Shown here: positions 40,857 through 51,293 of the stretch, piece by piece
How the letters are laid out: the number at the start of each line of letters is the position of its first letter
Position numbering within the stretch: the stretch's first letter is position 1
Origin: an uncultured SAR86 cluster bacterium
GTDB taxonomy: Bacteria > Pseudomonadota > Gammaproteobacteria > Magnimaribacterales > D2472
Length of the DNA: 64,000 nt
Assembly: GCA_943846785.1 (NCBI GenBank)
Contig: OX044367.1
Span: 4,276-68,275 of the forward strand
Direction: 5' to 3'
Position numbers and translations under genes: made by a program
Notes under the pieces: generated by a model
Told to the model about the DNA's origin: nothing
The model's database searches: none
What the model saw: the letters and a program-made list of their open reading frames with translations, nothing else

Positions 40857-41081
40857 ATGTCTAATTCAAATAAAAAAATTGATTTTGAGTCTTCTTTAAA
40901 GGAGCTTGAATCTATTGTCACAAAACTAGAGGATGAAAATATTAATTTAGAAGATTCAGTCAAGTCATTTGAAGCAGGAATAAACCTTGTAAAGCAATGT
41001 CAAAAACAACTTGAAGAGGCTGAGCTAAAGGTTAAAGAGCTTCTGGATGATGGTACTGCCGCAGAGCTAGATAATTCATAG
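40857..41081 (+). CDS. xseB: Exodeoxyribonuclease VII small subunit
   Basis: 74 aa: FESSLKELESIVTKLEDENINLEDSVKSFEAGINLVKQCQKQLEEAE. Part of the conserved xseB-ispA-dxs operon. Confidence 0.9.
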   Translation: MSNSNKKIDFESSLKELESIVTKLEDENINLEDSVKSFEAGINLVKQCQKQLEEAELKVKELLDDGTAAELDNS

Positions 41082-41088
41082 TTTATAA

Positions 41089-41968
41089 ATGGTCTCTCAA
41101 CACCTATCGGAAGTAAAAGAGCTTGTAAAAATTAAGGTTACCGATAGTATTGGAAATTCAAATCTAATAGAAGAATCTATGCTTTATTCAGCGATTGCTG
41201 AAAGTAAAATGGTTCGAGCTGGTTTAATATTTGCTTCTGCTAAAACGAATCCTTATCTTGAAATGGAAAGCGTAGTTACATTAGCTTCATCAATTGAGTT
41301 AATGCATACTTATTCGTTAGTTCATGATGATCTTCCATGTATGGATGATGATGATATAAGAAGAAATCAGCCATCAAACCACATTAAGTATGGAGAAGCT
41401 AATGCTGTACTTACCGGAGATGCTCTTCAGGCTCTTGCATATGAGATTATATGCAATGATATTAATTTAACTAATAAAAATAAAGTTAGTGCAATTAAAT
41501 TGCTAACTGAAGCTTGTGGAAAAAATGGAATGGTTCATGGTCAACACTTGGATATTCAAAATGAAAATAATATAAATGAAGTTAATCAAGAAATTCTAGA
41601 TCATACGCATCAACTAAAAACAGGCAAATTAATAGAATGTTCTGTTCTATTTGGTCAGCTAAATAATGAGTTAAGCGATGATCAGTTAAAGAATTTTAAA
41701 AATTTTAGCAGTAAGCTTGGGTTAGCATTTCAAATTATTGATGATGTTCTTGATGTTACAGAGTCATCAGAAGTTTTAGGAAAAACTAATAACTCAGATA
41801 TTAAAAATAACAAACAAACATATGTAGATCTCATTGGCATTAAGCCTGCGCAAGATAGAGCTAGAAATTTGATAGAATCAGCAATTACAAGATCTCAATA
41901 TGAACAATCTTGATGGAACAAATAGTCTGATTGATATTGCTTACTACCTTATAGAAAGGAGGAATTAA
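41089..41968 (+). pseudogene. ispA: (2E,6E)-farnesyl diphosphate synthase, single apparent frameshift about 25 codons from the 3' end
   Basis: Both Asp-rich motifs are present (LVHDDLPCMDDDDIRR; FQIIDDVLD). The listed ORF stops at 41913. The +1 frame from about 41900 reads NNLDGTNSLIDIAYYLIERRN and ends in TAATG, overlapping the dxs start (41966-41970), which is the expected native C-terminus. Confidence 0.9.
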
Positions 41969-43839
41969 TGAAAGTATTTAAAGAAATACCTGATGTTATA
42001 CCCTCTACTCCAATTCTTGATACTGTAGATGTTCCTGCAGATATACGCTCTTTTTCTATTTTAGAACTTGAGAGTCTTGCAAATGAATTAAGAGAATTTT
42101 TATTATATTCTGTTGGCCAGAGTGGTGGTCATTTAGGCGGAGGACTTGGGGTCGTTGAATTAACTGTAGCTCTTCATTATTTGTATAATACTCCAGATGA
42201 TAATTTAATATGGGATGTAGGGCATCAGGCATATCCTCATAAAATTATTACTGGCAGAAAAGATGAAATAAAAAGTATTCGTAAAAAAGATGGATTAGCG
42301 CCATTCCCATCAATCAATGAAAGTGAATATGATGCTTTTGGAGTTGGTCACTCGAGTACATCGATAAGTGCGTTATTAGGTATGGCAATTGCCTCTCAAA
42401 ATGAAAACTTAGATAGAAAACATGTAGCTGTAATTGGTGATGGAGCTATGACTGCTGGTATGGCATTTGAGGCGCTGAGTCATGCGGGGCATTTAAAACC
42501 AAATATGTTAGTAATTTTAAATGACAATGATATGTCTATTTCTGAAAATATTGGTGGTTTGTCAAACTACTTCTCTAGAATATGGGCATCAAAAACTTAT
42601 AAGGGAATCAAGAAAGGTGGAGCAAGCGTCTTGAAACCCTTACCACAGGCCTATCATCTTGCTAGAAAAGTAGAAACACAAATGAAAGCTATGGTTGCTC
42701 CAGGAAATATCTTTGAAGAACTTGGGCTGAATTATATTGGTCCAATAGATGGTCATAATATTCAGGAAATGATAGATGTTATTGGTAATCTTAAAGATTT
42801 TGATGGTCCTCAGTTTCTTCATGTTATTACAAAAAAAGGTGCTGGATTAGATCCAGCAGAGGCAGACAGAATAGAGTTTCATGCTATTGGTAAGATTAGT
42901 GGAGTTAAATCTGCAAATAGCGCAAAGAAAAAAAAATATCAGGACATCTTTGGTGACTGGATTGTTGATATGGCAAATGAAAACAATGATCTAGTTGCAA
43001 TTACACCAGCAATGAGAGAAGGATCTAGTTTAGTAGAATTTAGTAGAAAATATCCTGAAAAATATTTTGATGTTGCTATTGCTGAACAACATGCAGTTAC
43101 ATTTGCTGCAGGGTTGTCTAGAGAAAATAAAAAACCAGTGGTAGCAATTTACTCAACTTTTCTTCAAAGAGCTTATGATCAGTTTATTCATGATGTAGCA
43201 GTGCAAAATTTAGATGTAACATTTGCTATAGATAGAGCAGGGTTAGTAGGAGAAGATGGCCCTACTCATTCTGGTAATTATGATATTGCATATCTTCGAT
43301 GTATTCCAAATATCATAATTATGACGCCATCTAATGAACAAGAAACAAGGTTAATGCTTTCAACAGGTTTTGATTATAAAGGTCCGGCTGCTATTAGATA
43401 TCCAAGAGGAACTGGGCCAGGCACTGAAGTAAGCAAATCTTTAGAGACTGCTGAAATAGGCAAAGGTAAGATTATTTTAAAGGGGTCTGAAAAAATAATA
43501 TTTCTTAATTTTGGCTCTCTTCTTCACGAGGCATATGAGGTTTGTACTAATCTTAATCTAACTCTTCTTGATATGAGGTTTGTTAAGCCACTAGATAAAG
43601 AGATGCTTAGAGACTATTTTAAAAACGCAGATATATTCATTTCTTTAGAAGATGGCTCTATTGCTGGTGGTGCAGGCAGTGCTGTTCAAGAATTCTGTTC
43701 AGATGAGGATATTGAAATTAGATCAAAATTATTTGGTATACCTGATAAATTTATAGAGCATGCTTCAAGAGAAGAGATGATTGCTGAATGTGGTCTAGAT
43801 AGTATATCTTTAGAGGAAAGTATAAAGAACTATTGTTAA
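41968..43839 (+). CDS. dxs: 1-deoxy-D-xylulose-5-phosphate synthase
   Basis: Intact 623 aa: ...GGHLGGGLGVVELTVALHY...WDVGHQAYPHKIITGR...GDGAMTAGMAFEALSHAG.... Confidence 0.97.
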   Translation: MKVFKEIPDVIPSTPILDTVDVPADIRSFSILELESLANELREFLLYSVGQSGGHLGGGLGVVELTVALHYLYNTPDDNLIWDVGHQAYPHKIITGRKDEIKSIRKKDGLAPFPSINESEYDAFGVGHSSTSISALLGMAIASQNENLDRKHVAVIGDGAMTAGMAFEALSHAGHLKPNMLVILNDNDMSISENIGGLSNYFSRIWASKTYKGIKKGGASVLKPLPQAYHLARKVETQMKAMVAPGNIFEELGLNYIGPIDGHNIQEMIDVIGNLKDFDGPQFLHVITKKGAGLDPAEADRIEFHAIGKISGVKSANSAKKKKYQDIFGDWIVDMANENNDLVAITPAMREGSSLVEFSRKYPEKYFDVAIAEQHAVTFAAGLSRENKKPVVAIYSTFLQRAYDQFIHDVAVQNLDVTFAIDRAGLVGEDGPTHSGNYDIAYLRCIPNIIIMTPSNEQETRLMLSTGFDYKGPAAIRYPRGTGPGTEVSKSLETAEIGKGKIILKGSEKIIFLNFGSLLHEAYEVCTNLNLTLLDMRFVKPLDKEMLRDYFKNADIFISLEDGSIAGGAGSAVQEFCSDEDIEIRSKLFGIPDKFIEHASREEMIAECGLDSISLEESIKNYC

Positions 43840-44271
43840 AAGTCCTGCTAATAGACCAGCAATTAGATCATCAAGAACAACCCCAAATCCATTTTTCATA
43901 TTGTTATCTACATAAGAAATAGGAAATGGTTTGAAAATATCAAACATTCTAAATAATAAAAAGGTAAGTCCAGCTGCAGAAATGTCTGGAATCATAAATA
44001 ATGCTAACCACATACCTGCAAATTCATCTATAACAATAGATTTATGATCTTTTTCTTCAATATCTTTTGTAGCAATATAACAAACAACTATAGAAAAAAT
44101 AATTACTATTAAAAGAAACAAAATATTTTTTTGAATAGCTTCATCGCAGAAATACCAAATAATAAGAGTAGCAAGAGAGCCCCATGTGCCTGGACCATAA
44201 GGAAGTTTACCAACACCAAAAAGTGTTGCAAGCAAATGAGATGGTTTCTTTAAATTGGGAAATTTATGCAT
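43810..44271 (-). CDS. pgpA: Phosphatidylglycerophosphatase A
   Basis: ...LATLFGVGKLPYGPGTWGSL...IVIDEFAGMW...FRMFDIFKPFPI.... The likely start is the Met at 44271 (MHKFPNLKK), since thiL ends at 44264. The 3' end overlaps the dxs 3' end by 30 nt. Confidence 0.9.
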   Translation of the reverse strand: MHKFPNLKKPSHLLATLFGVGKLPYGPGTWGSLATLIIWYFCDEAIQKNILFLLIVIIFSIVVCYIATKDIEEKDHKSIVIDEFAGMWLALFMIPDISAAGLTFLLFRMFDIFKPFPISYVDNNMKNGFGVVLDDLIAGLLAGLLTIVLYTFL

Positions 44272-45151
44272 TTTTAAAATGGTCGAATCCTTTAATTGAA
44301 ACATCATAACCTTTATTTGAACTAAATTTAATTCCTAAATCTTCGGTAACTTCTCCAATTTTATAAAATGAGTCTTCCATCATTGTGGATGGAATTGTGA
44401 AGCATAGATCATAATCATCTCCAGCATTTACATCATTAATATTAGAAGTAATTGGAATATCATCTAAAAAAATATTTGCGCCAACCTTGGACGATCTAAG
44501 AATATGATTTAGATCTGCAAGTAGCCCATCAGATATATCAATGCATGAAGTTGCGAAGTCAGAAATCTTTTTGCCTAATTCAATTTGGGGTTTTGGTCTC
44601 AGATAATCATTTAAGAAAATAGATTCTAAGTTATTTTTTGTAAAATCTTCAAGACCCTTTTTTGCTCTTCCTATTGGTTTTGAAATACATATAAAATCAC
44701 CCTTCCTAGCACCACTTCTTTTAAGGAAATTAGAATTATATGGAGTTCCATAAACTACTACATTGATATTTAATGGGCCACTTGTAATATCTCCTCCAAT
44801 TAAGGAAATTTGAAATTCATTTGAAATATCATTAAATCCTTCAGCAAGTTCTTGATACCAGATCACATCTTTATTAGAGCAGGTTATAGAAACACTAAAG
44901 CCTCTTGGCTGACATCCCATTGCAGCAATATCACTAAGTGCCACAGCGACAGATCGGTATCCTATATCTTTAGCTGGTGCATTATGTGGAAAATGGATAT
45001 CGCAAACAGAAGAGTCTATTGATGTGACTATAGGAAGAGGTAAATCAATAACGGCACAGTCATCTCCAGGAGAGAGAACTATACCGTTTTGTTCGTTGTA
45101 CTTAGAACCAATATGATTGAATAAACCAATCAGCTCAAATTCTGAAATCAA
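44264..45151 (-). CDS. thiL: Thiamine-monophosphate kinase
   Basis: 295 aa: ...GDDCAVIDL...AVALSDIAAMG...GGDITSGP...DISDGLLADLNHIL. Confidence 0.9.
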   Translation of the reverse strand: MISEFELIGLFNHIGSKYNEQNGIVLSPGDDCAVIDLPLPIVTSIDSSVCDIHFPHNAPAKDIGYRSVAVALSDIAAMGCQPRGFSVSITCSNKDVIWYQELAEGFNDISNEFQISLIGGDITSGPLNINVVVYGTPYNSNFLKRSGARKGDFICISKPIGRAKKGLEDFTKNNLESIFLNDYLRPKPQIELGKKISDFATSCIDISDGLLADLNHILRSSKVGANIFLDDIPITSNINDVNAGDDYDLCFTIPSTMMEDSFYKIGEVTEDLGIKFSSNKGYDVSIKGFDHFKNA

Positions 45152-45154
45152 GAA

Positions 45155-46342
45155 TTAACTTGGGTATCTTTCAAATAAACCTGAAGCTCCCATACCACCG
45201 CCTACGCACATGGTTACAACTCCAAACTGTTTATCGCTTCTAACCAATTCTCGGGTTAAATGCCCAACACATCTTGAGCCTGTCATACCAAATGGATGAC
45301 CAATTGATATTGAACCCCCGTTAACATTTAATTTATCCATAGAAATACCTAATGTATCTCTACAATGAGCAACCTGAACTGCAAAAGCTTCATTTAATTC
45401 CCAAAGATCAATATCCTCAACGGACATGTTGTAGTTTTTTAACAATTTTGGAACTGAATATACTGGTCCAATACCCATTTCATCAGGCTCACATCCCATT
45501 GTTGTGAATCCTCTAAAATAAGCCACTGGCTTTAAACCAAGTTCTAATGCTTTATCTTCTGACATTATTAGGTTTACAGAAGCTCCATCAGATAACTGAG
45601 ATGAATTACCAGCAGTAACTGAGCCAGCTTCTGGATCAAACACAGGCTTTAAACCAGCCAAAGCTTCCATAGTTGTTCCTGGTCTATTGCACTCATCTTT
45701 GTCTACAGTGACGTCAACTTCTTTTGATTCACCAGTCTCTTTATTAGTTAAAAGCATTTTTGTTTGCATTGGGACAATCTCATCAGCAAAGAGCCCAGCT
45801 TCTTGAGCAGCTGCTGTTCTTTTTTGACTCTCAAATGCAATCTCATCTTGTGTCTCCCTAGATACATTGTATCTTTTTGCAACTACCTCAGCTGTCATTC
45901 CCATTGGGTAATAAATTCCAGGTGATTGTTCTGCTAACTTTTCATTAACAAAATTATCCATATTCATTTTCATCATTGAAATTGTTTCAGCACCACCAGC
46001 AATTACAGTATCGTAACAACCAGCCATGATTTGACCAGCAGCCATTGAGATTGATTGCATACCTGATGAGCAATACCTATTTATAGTAGTGCCACCAGTG
46101 CTTAATGGCAGATTAGATAAAACTGCAGCGTTTCTTCCTATATTATGTCCTTGCGCTCCCTCAGGATTACCGCAACCCATAATAATATCCTCAACTGCCT
46201 CAGGAGGAAGGTTAGGATTTCTTTCAAGCATCGCGTTAATAATATGAGCAAGCATATCGTCAGGCCTTGTCATATTAAAGCCACCGCGGTGAGACTTAGC
46301 TAGTCCAGTTCTAACACTATCGACTATAACTACATTTTTCAT
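45155..46342 (-). CDS. Acetyl-CoA C-acyltransferase (thiolase)
   Basis: Intact 395 aa: ...TINRYCSSGMQSI (active-site Cys)...NEAFAVQV...NGGSISIGHPFGMTG...CVGGGMG. Confidence 0.93.
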   Translation of the reverse strand: MKNVVIVDSVRTGLAKSHRGGFNMTRPDDMLAHIINAMLERNPNLPPEAVEDIIMGCGNPEGAQGHNIGRNAAVLSNLPLSTGGTTINRYCSSGMQSISMAAGQIMAGCYDTVIAGGAETISMMKMNMDNFVNEKLAEQSPGIYYPMGMTAEVVAKRYNVSRETQDEIAFESQKRTAAAQEAGLFADEIVPMQTKMLLTNKETGESKEVDVTVDKDECNRPGTTMEALAGLKPVFDPEAGSVTAGNSSQLSDGASVNLIMSEDKALELGLKPVAYFRGFTTMGCEPDEMGIGPVYSVPKLLKNYNMSVEDIDLWELNEAFAVQVAHCRDTLGISMDKLNVNGGSISIGHPFGMTGSRCVGHLTRELVRSDKQFGVVTMCVGGGMGASGLFERYPS

Positions 46343-46400
46343 AATTTCTCCAAATAAGTAAAAAATTTACAAGGCTATTCTAATCTATCCTATGATCTAC

Positions 46401-46688
46401 TTAAAGCTTCTTATACCAATTAGGTATTAAATCTATGCCAAACTCTTGTGCTTTTTTTACTACATATGGAATTGTTATTGGGCTAAATGGCAAAATAGTT
46501 AAAACGCCAAGACCTAGGTTTTTAAAAATTTGTTTTAATTGATTGTCGGCATATTTAATCTCATCCTCAGAAGCAAACCCTTCTATGGATTTAACATAAA
46601 TATCTAACATTTTTCTATTTTCCTCAGACTCCTCTAAGAAACTTTCTTTAAGTTTAAGTATGTATTTATGTAATTTATCAGGATTCAT
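46401..46688 (-). CDS. Small conserved-looking hypothetical protein with a LETM1-like segment (tentative)
   Basis: 95-aa ORF. ...NQLKQIFKNLGLGVLTILPFSPITIPYVVKKAQEFGIDLIPNWY resembles, from memory, the LETM1 core (...[33 protein letters not shown]). No other assignable motif. Confidence 0.35.
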   Translation of the reverse strand: MNPDKLHKYILKLKESFLEESEENRKMLDIYVKSIEGFASEDEIKYADNQLKQIFKNLGLGVLTILPFSPITIPYVVKKAQEFGIDLIPNWYKKL

Positions 46689-46721
46689 ATTTTGTTATTA
46701 TATTATGCTACATTTGACAAT

Positions 46722-47375
46722 ATGAAGAAATCTGAAAGAGCGTTATTGGTTTTAAAGATATTAAATAAGCACTATCCAGAAACGCCTATTCCATTAGATC
46801 ACTATGATAATTTTAGTCTGCTTGTAGCTGTTTTGCTTTCAGCACAGTGTACTGATGAAAGAGTTAACAAGGTAACTCCAGATTTATTCAATCTTGCATC
46901 AACTCCATTGGAAATGAGTCAGTTATCTAGTGACAGTATTTATAAAATCATAAAACCATGTGGTCTGGGTCCAAAGAAATCAAAAGCAATAAAAGACTTA
47001 TCAAAAATACTTGTAGAAAAATATAATAGTGTTGTTCCAAATTCTTTTGATGATTTAGAAAGACTACCAGGTGTTGGACATAAAACTGCATCTGTTGTTA
47101 TGAGTCAAGGCTTTGGAATACCAGCCTTTGCAGTTGATACCCATATCCACAGATTGGCTCAAAGATGGGGACTCACAAATGGAGATAATGTAAAAAAAAC
47201 TGAATTAGATTTAAAACAATTATTTCCTATACAGACATGGAATAAACTTCATCTACAAATTATCTTTTGGGGAAGAGAATTCTGCCAAGCAAAAGCATGT
47301 TACGGACTTGAATGTCATATTTGTAAGTCATGTTATCCCAAAAGAATTAAGCGTTTTGTACACAAGAAGCCTTAG
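46722..47375 (+). CDS. nth: Endonuclease III
   Basis: HhH-GPD: ...[16 protein letters not shown]...[13 protein letters not shown]...AVDTHIHRL..., with a C-terminal Cys cluster ([17 protein letters not shown]). The track ORF starts at 46692; the ATG at 46722 (MKKSERALL) is more plausible. Confidence 0.88.
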   Translation: MKKSERALLVLKILNKHYPETPIPLDHYDNFSLLVAVLLSAQCTDERVNKVTPDLFNLASTPLEMSQLSSDSIYKIIKPCGLGPKKSKAIKDLSKILVEKYNSVVPNSFDDLERLPGVGHKTASVVMSQGFGIPAFAVDTHIHRLAQRWGLTNGDNVKKTELDLKQLFPIQTWNKLHLQIIFWGREFCQAKACYGLECHICKSCYPKRIKRFVHKKP

Positions 47376-47428
47376 ATGATTTAAAATCACCATTCCAATT
47401 TTCAATTTTTAACACGGTAAAGTTAAAT

Positions 47429-48733
47429 ATGAACAATGATTCAAAAAATTCAACATTAATTTCAAAAAGTGATGCTATCTTTAATAACTCTCAAGCAATA
47501 GAACACTATGATCCTGACTTGTGGTCCTCTGTAAAAAATGAATCTATCAGACAAGAAGAGCATATAGAGTTAATAGCTTCTGAAAATTATGCAAGCACCA
47601 GAGTATTAGAGGCTCAAGGCTCTGTTCTAACTAATAAATATGCAGAGGGATACCCTTCTAAAAGATATTATGGCGGATGTGAATATGTTGATATTGCAGA
47701 GGAGCTAGCAATATCAAGAGCGAAAGAACTTTTTAAAGCTGATTATGCCAATGTTCAACCCCACTCAGGCTCATCGGCAAATGCTGCAGCATTTTTAGCA
47801 TTATTAGAACCTAATGATACTATTTTAGGAATGAGTCTAGATCATGGTGGTCATTTAACACATGGTGCAAAAGTTAACTTTTCTGGAAGAAATTATAATG
47901 GTATTCAATATGGACTTCATCCTGAAACAAAAGAAATCGATTATGATCAAGTAAGAGAATTAGCTCATAAACATAAGCCAAAATTAATCATTGCTGGTTT
48001 TTCAGCATATTCAGGAATTATAGATTGGAAAATATTTAGAGAAATATCAGATGAGGTTGGAGCATACTTTCTTGTAGATATGGCTCATATTTCAGGATTA
48101 GTTGCAGCAGGAATGTATCCATCTCCAATTCCATTTGCTGATGTTGTAACTTCTACAACTCATAAAACACTTAGAGGCCCTCGTTCTGGAATAATCTTAT
48201 CAAGAAAAAATGAAGTCATTGAAAAAAAATTAAACTCAGCAGTTTTTCCTGGCTCTCAGGGTGGCCCCCTTATGCATGTTATTGCAGCTAAAGCTGTATG
48301 CTTTAAAGAAGCCTTGGAACCTGAGTTTAAAAGCTATATTACTCAAGTCATGGATAATGCCAAAATTATGTGTAATACGATCCAATCAAGGGGAGTGAAT
48401 GTAGTTACAAGTAAAACTGAAAATCATATTATTCTTGTAGACTTAAGAAGCAAGGAAATCACTGGTAAAGAATTAGAGAAAGCATTAGGTGATGTAAATA
48501 TCACCGTAAATAAAAATGCAGTTCCAGATGATCCAAGATCTCCTTTTGTTACATCTGGAATAAGATTAGGAACTCCTGCGGTTACTACAAGAGGATTTAA
48601 AGAAGAAGAAATAAAAAGAGTTAGTAATTGGATATGTGATGTTATAGAAAATCATGAAGATCAATCAATGATGAATAAAATAAAAACTGATGTAGTTGAG
48701 CTAACAAGTAAATATCCAGTCTATAATTTATAG
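47429..48733 (+). CDS. glyA: Serine hydroxymethyltransferase
   Basis: Intact 434 aa: ...[10 protein letters not shown]...[16 protein letters not shown]...[15 protein letters not shown]. Confidence 0.97.
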   Translation: MNNDSKNSTLISKSDAIFNNSQAIEHYDPDLWSSVKNESIRQEEHIELIASENYASTRVLEAQGSVLTNKYAEGYPSKRYYGGCEYVDIAEELAISRAKELFKADYANVQPHSGSSANAAAFLALLEPNDTILGMSLDHGGHLTHGAKVNFSGRNYNGIQYGLHPETKEIDYDQVRELAHKHKPKLIIAGFSAYSGIIDWKIFREISDEVGAYFLVDMAHISGLVAAGMYPSPIPFADVVTSTTHKTLRGPRSGIILSRKNEVIEKKLNSAVFPGSQGGPLMHVIAAKAVCFKEALEPEFKSYITQVMDNAKIMCNTIQSRGVNVVTSKTENHIILVDLRSKEITGKELEKALGDVNITVNKNAVPDDPRSPFVTSGIRLGTPAVTTRGFKEEEIKRVSNWICDVIENHEDQSMMNKIKTDVVELTSKYPVYNL

Positions 48734-49213
48734 ATGTACTGCCCTTTCTGCCAAGCTGAAGATACTAAAGTCATTGACTCAAGACTCGTTGCTGATGGAT
48801 CGCAAACTAGAAGAAGAAGATCATGTGAAGTATGTCATTCTAGGTTTACTACATTTGAAACAGCAGATCTAGCTCTTCCGAGAGTCATTAAGAGTAATGG
48901 TGAAAGACAGCCTTTCAATGGATCTAAATTAAAGAGAGGAATGTTACGAGCTCTCGAAAAAAGACCCCTATCATCAGAAGAAATTGATTCAGCATTTGGA
49001 AAAATTCTTAAAGAAATTCGAACAAGTGGTGTACGAGAAATCCAATCTATAAAAATTGGTGAAATAATGATGAATACTCTTAAAGAAGTCGATACAGTTG
49101 CATATGTCCGTTTTGCTTCTGTTTATAGGGACTTTCAAGATATCAAAGATTTTTCAGCTGAGATTACTTCACTTAGCAAAGAAAAGCCTTCTAGAAAAAA
49201 AACAAAAAAATGA
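48734..49213 (+). CDS. nrdR: Transcriptional repressor NrdR
   Basis: [17 protein letters not shown]...[17 protein letters not shown] (Zn ribbon) plus an ATP-cone. Confidence 0.95.
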   Translation: MYCPFCQAEDTKVIDSRLVADGSQTRRRRSCEVCHSRFTTFETADLALPRVIKSNGERQPFNGSKLKRGMLRALEKRPLSSEEIDSAFGKILKEIRTSGVREIQSIKIGEIMMNTLKEVDTVAYVRFASVYRDFQDIKDFSAEITSLSKEKPSRKKTKK

Positions 49214-50220
49214 ATTATGTTGAATATATGCAGAGAGCTATCTCTTCTGCAGATGCTTTCAAATATACTGCAAAGCCAAATCCAGTTGTAGGTGCTATTT
49301 TAGTTAAAGGTAATCAAATAATTTCAGAAGGTGCTCATGAAAAATTTGGTTCATCTCATGCTGAGATCAATGCAATAGAAAAAGCAAAAGAAAAAATAGG
49401 AGTTACATTTACTTCATTTGAAGAACTAACACTAATCTGCACACTAGAGCCTTGTAGTCATCACGGAAAAACTGGACCATGTGCTGATGCAATTATTAAA
49501 GAAGGCATAAAAAAAGTAATAATTGGATCAGAAGATCCAAATCCATTGGTCTCAGGTAAAGGTATTAAAAAATTAATTGATAACGACGTTATTGTTGAAT
49601 TTGGTGTGTGTGCTAATGAGGTTAAAGAACAAAATAAGCATTTCTTTTATAAATATGAAAATGGTAAGCCGTATATAACAGTAAAAATTGCCTCTTCAGC
49701 AGATGGAAAATCTCATAAAAAAAATAATGAAAGAACTCTTATAACATCTGTTCAATCTAGGGAAGATGTTCAAATTGTTAGAGCAGACTATGATGCGATT
49801 TTAACTGGTGGTAATACATTGATTGATGATAACCCTCAAATGAATGCTAGAGTTAGCTTTCCAGTTAATCAAGCTAAAAAAATCCTTTTATCAAATAAAG
49901 AAAATATTCCAAATAACTATAAATTCTTTCATAACGCTGATGTAGAAATATTAAAAGAAAGAAATATTCACAAAATAATATCTCATCTTCATAATTCATC
50001 TATAAATTCTATTCTTGTAGAAGCTGGTCCCAGATTGGTTAATGCTTTTTTAATGTCTGGCCTAGTCGATGAAATAATTATTTATACATCCCCGAATGAA
50101 ATTGGAAATGATGGAGTGAATTGGTTTGAAAAAGAAATTACTGTTGAAAACTTTGGTTTTACTCTAGAATCCACATATAAAATTGAATCAGACACAAAAC
50201 TAATCTATAAAAAATGTTAA
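49210..50220 (+). CDS. ribD: Bifunctional riboflavin biosynthesis deaminase/reductase
   Basis: 336 aa with the deaminase motifs HAEINAI and [14 protein letters not shown]. The reductase half reads ...[12 protein letters not shown].... Confidence 0.92.
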   Translation: MNYVEYMQRAISSADAFKYTAKPNPVVGAILVKGNQIISEGAHEKFGSSHAEINAIEKAKEKIGVTFTSFEELTLICTLEPCSHHGKTGPCADAIIKEGIKKVIIGSEDPNPLVSGKGIKKLIDNDVIVEFGVCANEVKEQNKHFFYKYENGKPYITVKIASSADGKSHKKNNERTLITSVQSREDVQIVRADYDAILTGGNTLIDDNPQMNARVSFPVNQAKKILLSNKENIPNNYKFFHNADVEILKERNIHKIISHLHNSSINSILVEAGPRLVNAFLMSGLVDEIIIYTSPNEIGNDGVNWFEKEITVENFGFTLESTYKIESDTKLIYKKC

Positions 50221-51293
50221 AACACAACATCTTAGAAATCATTGAAGACATAAAGAACGGCAAGATGGTAATTATTCTTGATGATGAATCTAGAGAAAAT
50301 GAAGGCGACCTTATATGCGCTGCAGATTTAGTTACACCAGAAATAATTAATTTTATGGCATCTAAGGGAAAAGGATTGATATGCCTTCCAATGAATGAAG
50401 ATCTTTGTAAAAAGTATGATCTACAGATGATGACCAATAATAATAAAGCGGCCAATAGAACAGCTTTTACAGTATCTATTGAAGCTGCAAGTGGAATAAC
50501 TACTGGTATCTCTGCTGCTGATAGAGCTCATACAATAAGAACTGCAGTAGATATGAACTCTATTGCATCCGATATAGTTCAACCTGGACACATTTTTCCT
50601 CTCAAGGCCATGGAGGGAGGTGTTTTAAGTAGGGCTGGGCATACAGAAGCAGCGTGTGATTTAGCAAAACTTGCTGGTCTTCAGTCAGCTGGAGTCATAT
50701 GTGAAATCATGAATGATGATGGAACAATGGCTCGAAGGGATGATCTTATAAAGTTTGGTAATGATAATGACATTAAAGTTGGAACAATTGCAGATTTAAT
50801 TGACTATAGACTTTCTTCAGATTCAACTATTGAATCAATACATGAAAAAGATGTTTCAAATGAATTTGGTAATTTTAAACTTATTGTATGGAGAGATACC
50901 ATCAATGATGAATACCATTTTTCTCTTACAAAAGGCGATTTGCAATCTGTAGAATCTCCTCTTGTTAGAGTTCAAACACATAGCATATTACAAGATACGC
51001 TTGGAATTGAAGATTTAGGAAAAAACTGGTCTATTAGAAAATCGATCGAAAGAATTTCTAAAGAAGAAGCTGGCCTTTTTGTCTTAATAAATCATAGAGA
51101 TGCAAAAAGTTATTGGTTGAACAAACTTGAAGATAAAGAAATAGAACCTAAGGCAAATAGGAGAGTGATTGGTGTAGGATCACAAATATTAAGAGCATTA
51201 GATCTAAAAAAAATATCAGTACTTGGAACTCCAACAAAATATAATGCTGTATCAGGCTTTAATATTGAAATAACTGGATTTGTAAATGAATAA
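50214..51293 (+). CDS. ribB: 3,4-dihydroxy-2-butanone-4-phosphate synthase with a degenerate GTP-cyclohydrolase-II-like C-terminal domain (RibBX type)
   Basis: The N-terminal half is canonical ([15 protein letters not shown]...FTVSIEA...GHIFPL...RAGHTEAA). The C-terminal half aligns to GCHII, but the Zn-binding Cys region is replaced ([22 protein letters not shown], no Cys). Confidence 0.85.
   Translation: MLKHNILEIIEDIKNGKMVIILDDESRENEGDLICAADLVTPEIINFMASKGKGLICLPMNEDLCKKYDLQMMTNNNKAANRTAFTVSIEAASGITTGISAADRAHTIRTAVDMNSIASDIVQPGHIFPLKAMEGGVLSRAGHTEAACDLAKLAGLQSAGVICEIMNDDGTMARRDDLIKFGNDNDIKVGTIADLIDYRLSSDSTIESIHEKDVSNEFGNFKLIVWRDTINDEYHFSLTKGDLQSVESPLVRVQTHSILQDTLGIEDLGKNWSIRKSIERISKEEAGLFVLINHRDAKSYWLNKLEDKEIEPKANRRVIGVGSQILRALDLKKISVLGTPTKYNAVSGFNIEITGFVNE

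Noticed and set aside
47376-50220. Looked for riboswitches or leaders (FMN upstream of the rib genes, others upstream of glyA).
   Set aside because: glyA, nrdR, ribD and ribBX are contiguous with 0-nt gaps or overlaps, so there is no room for an FMN element. The 53-nt spacer before glyA shows no conserved-looking structure.
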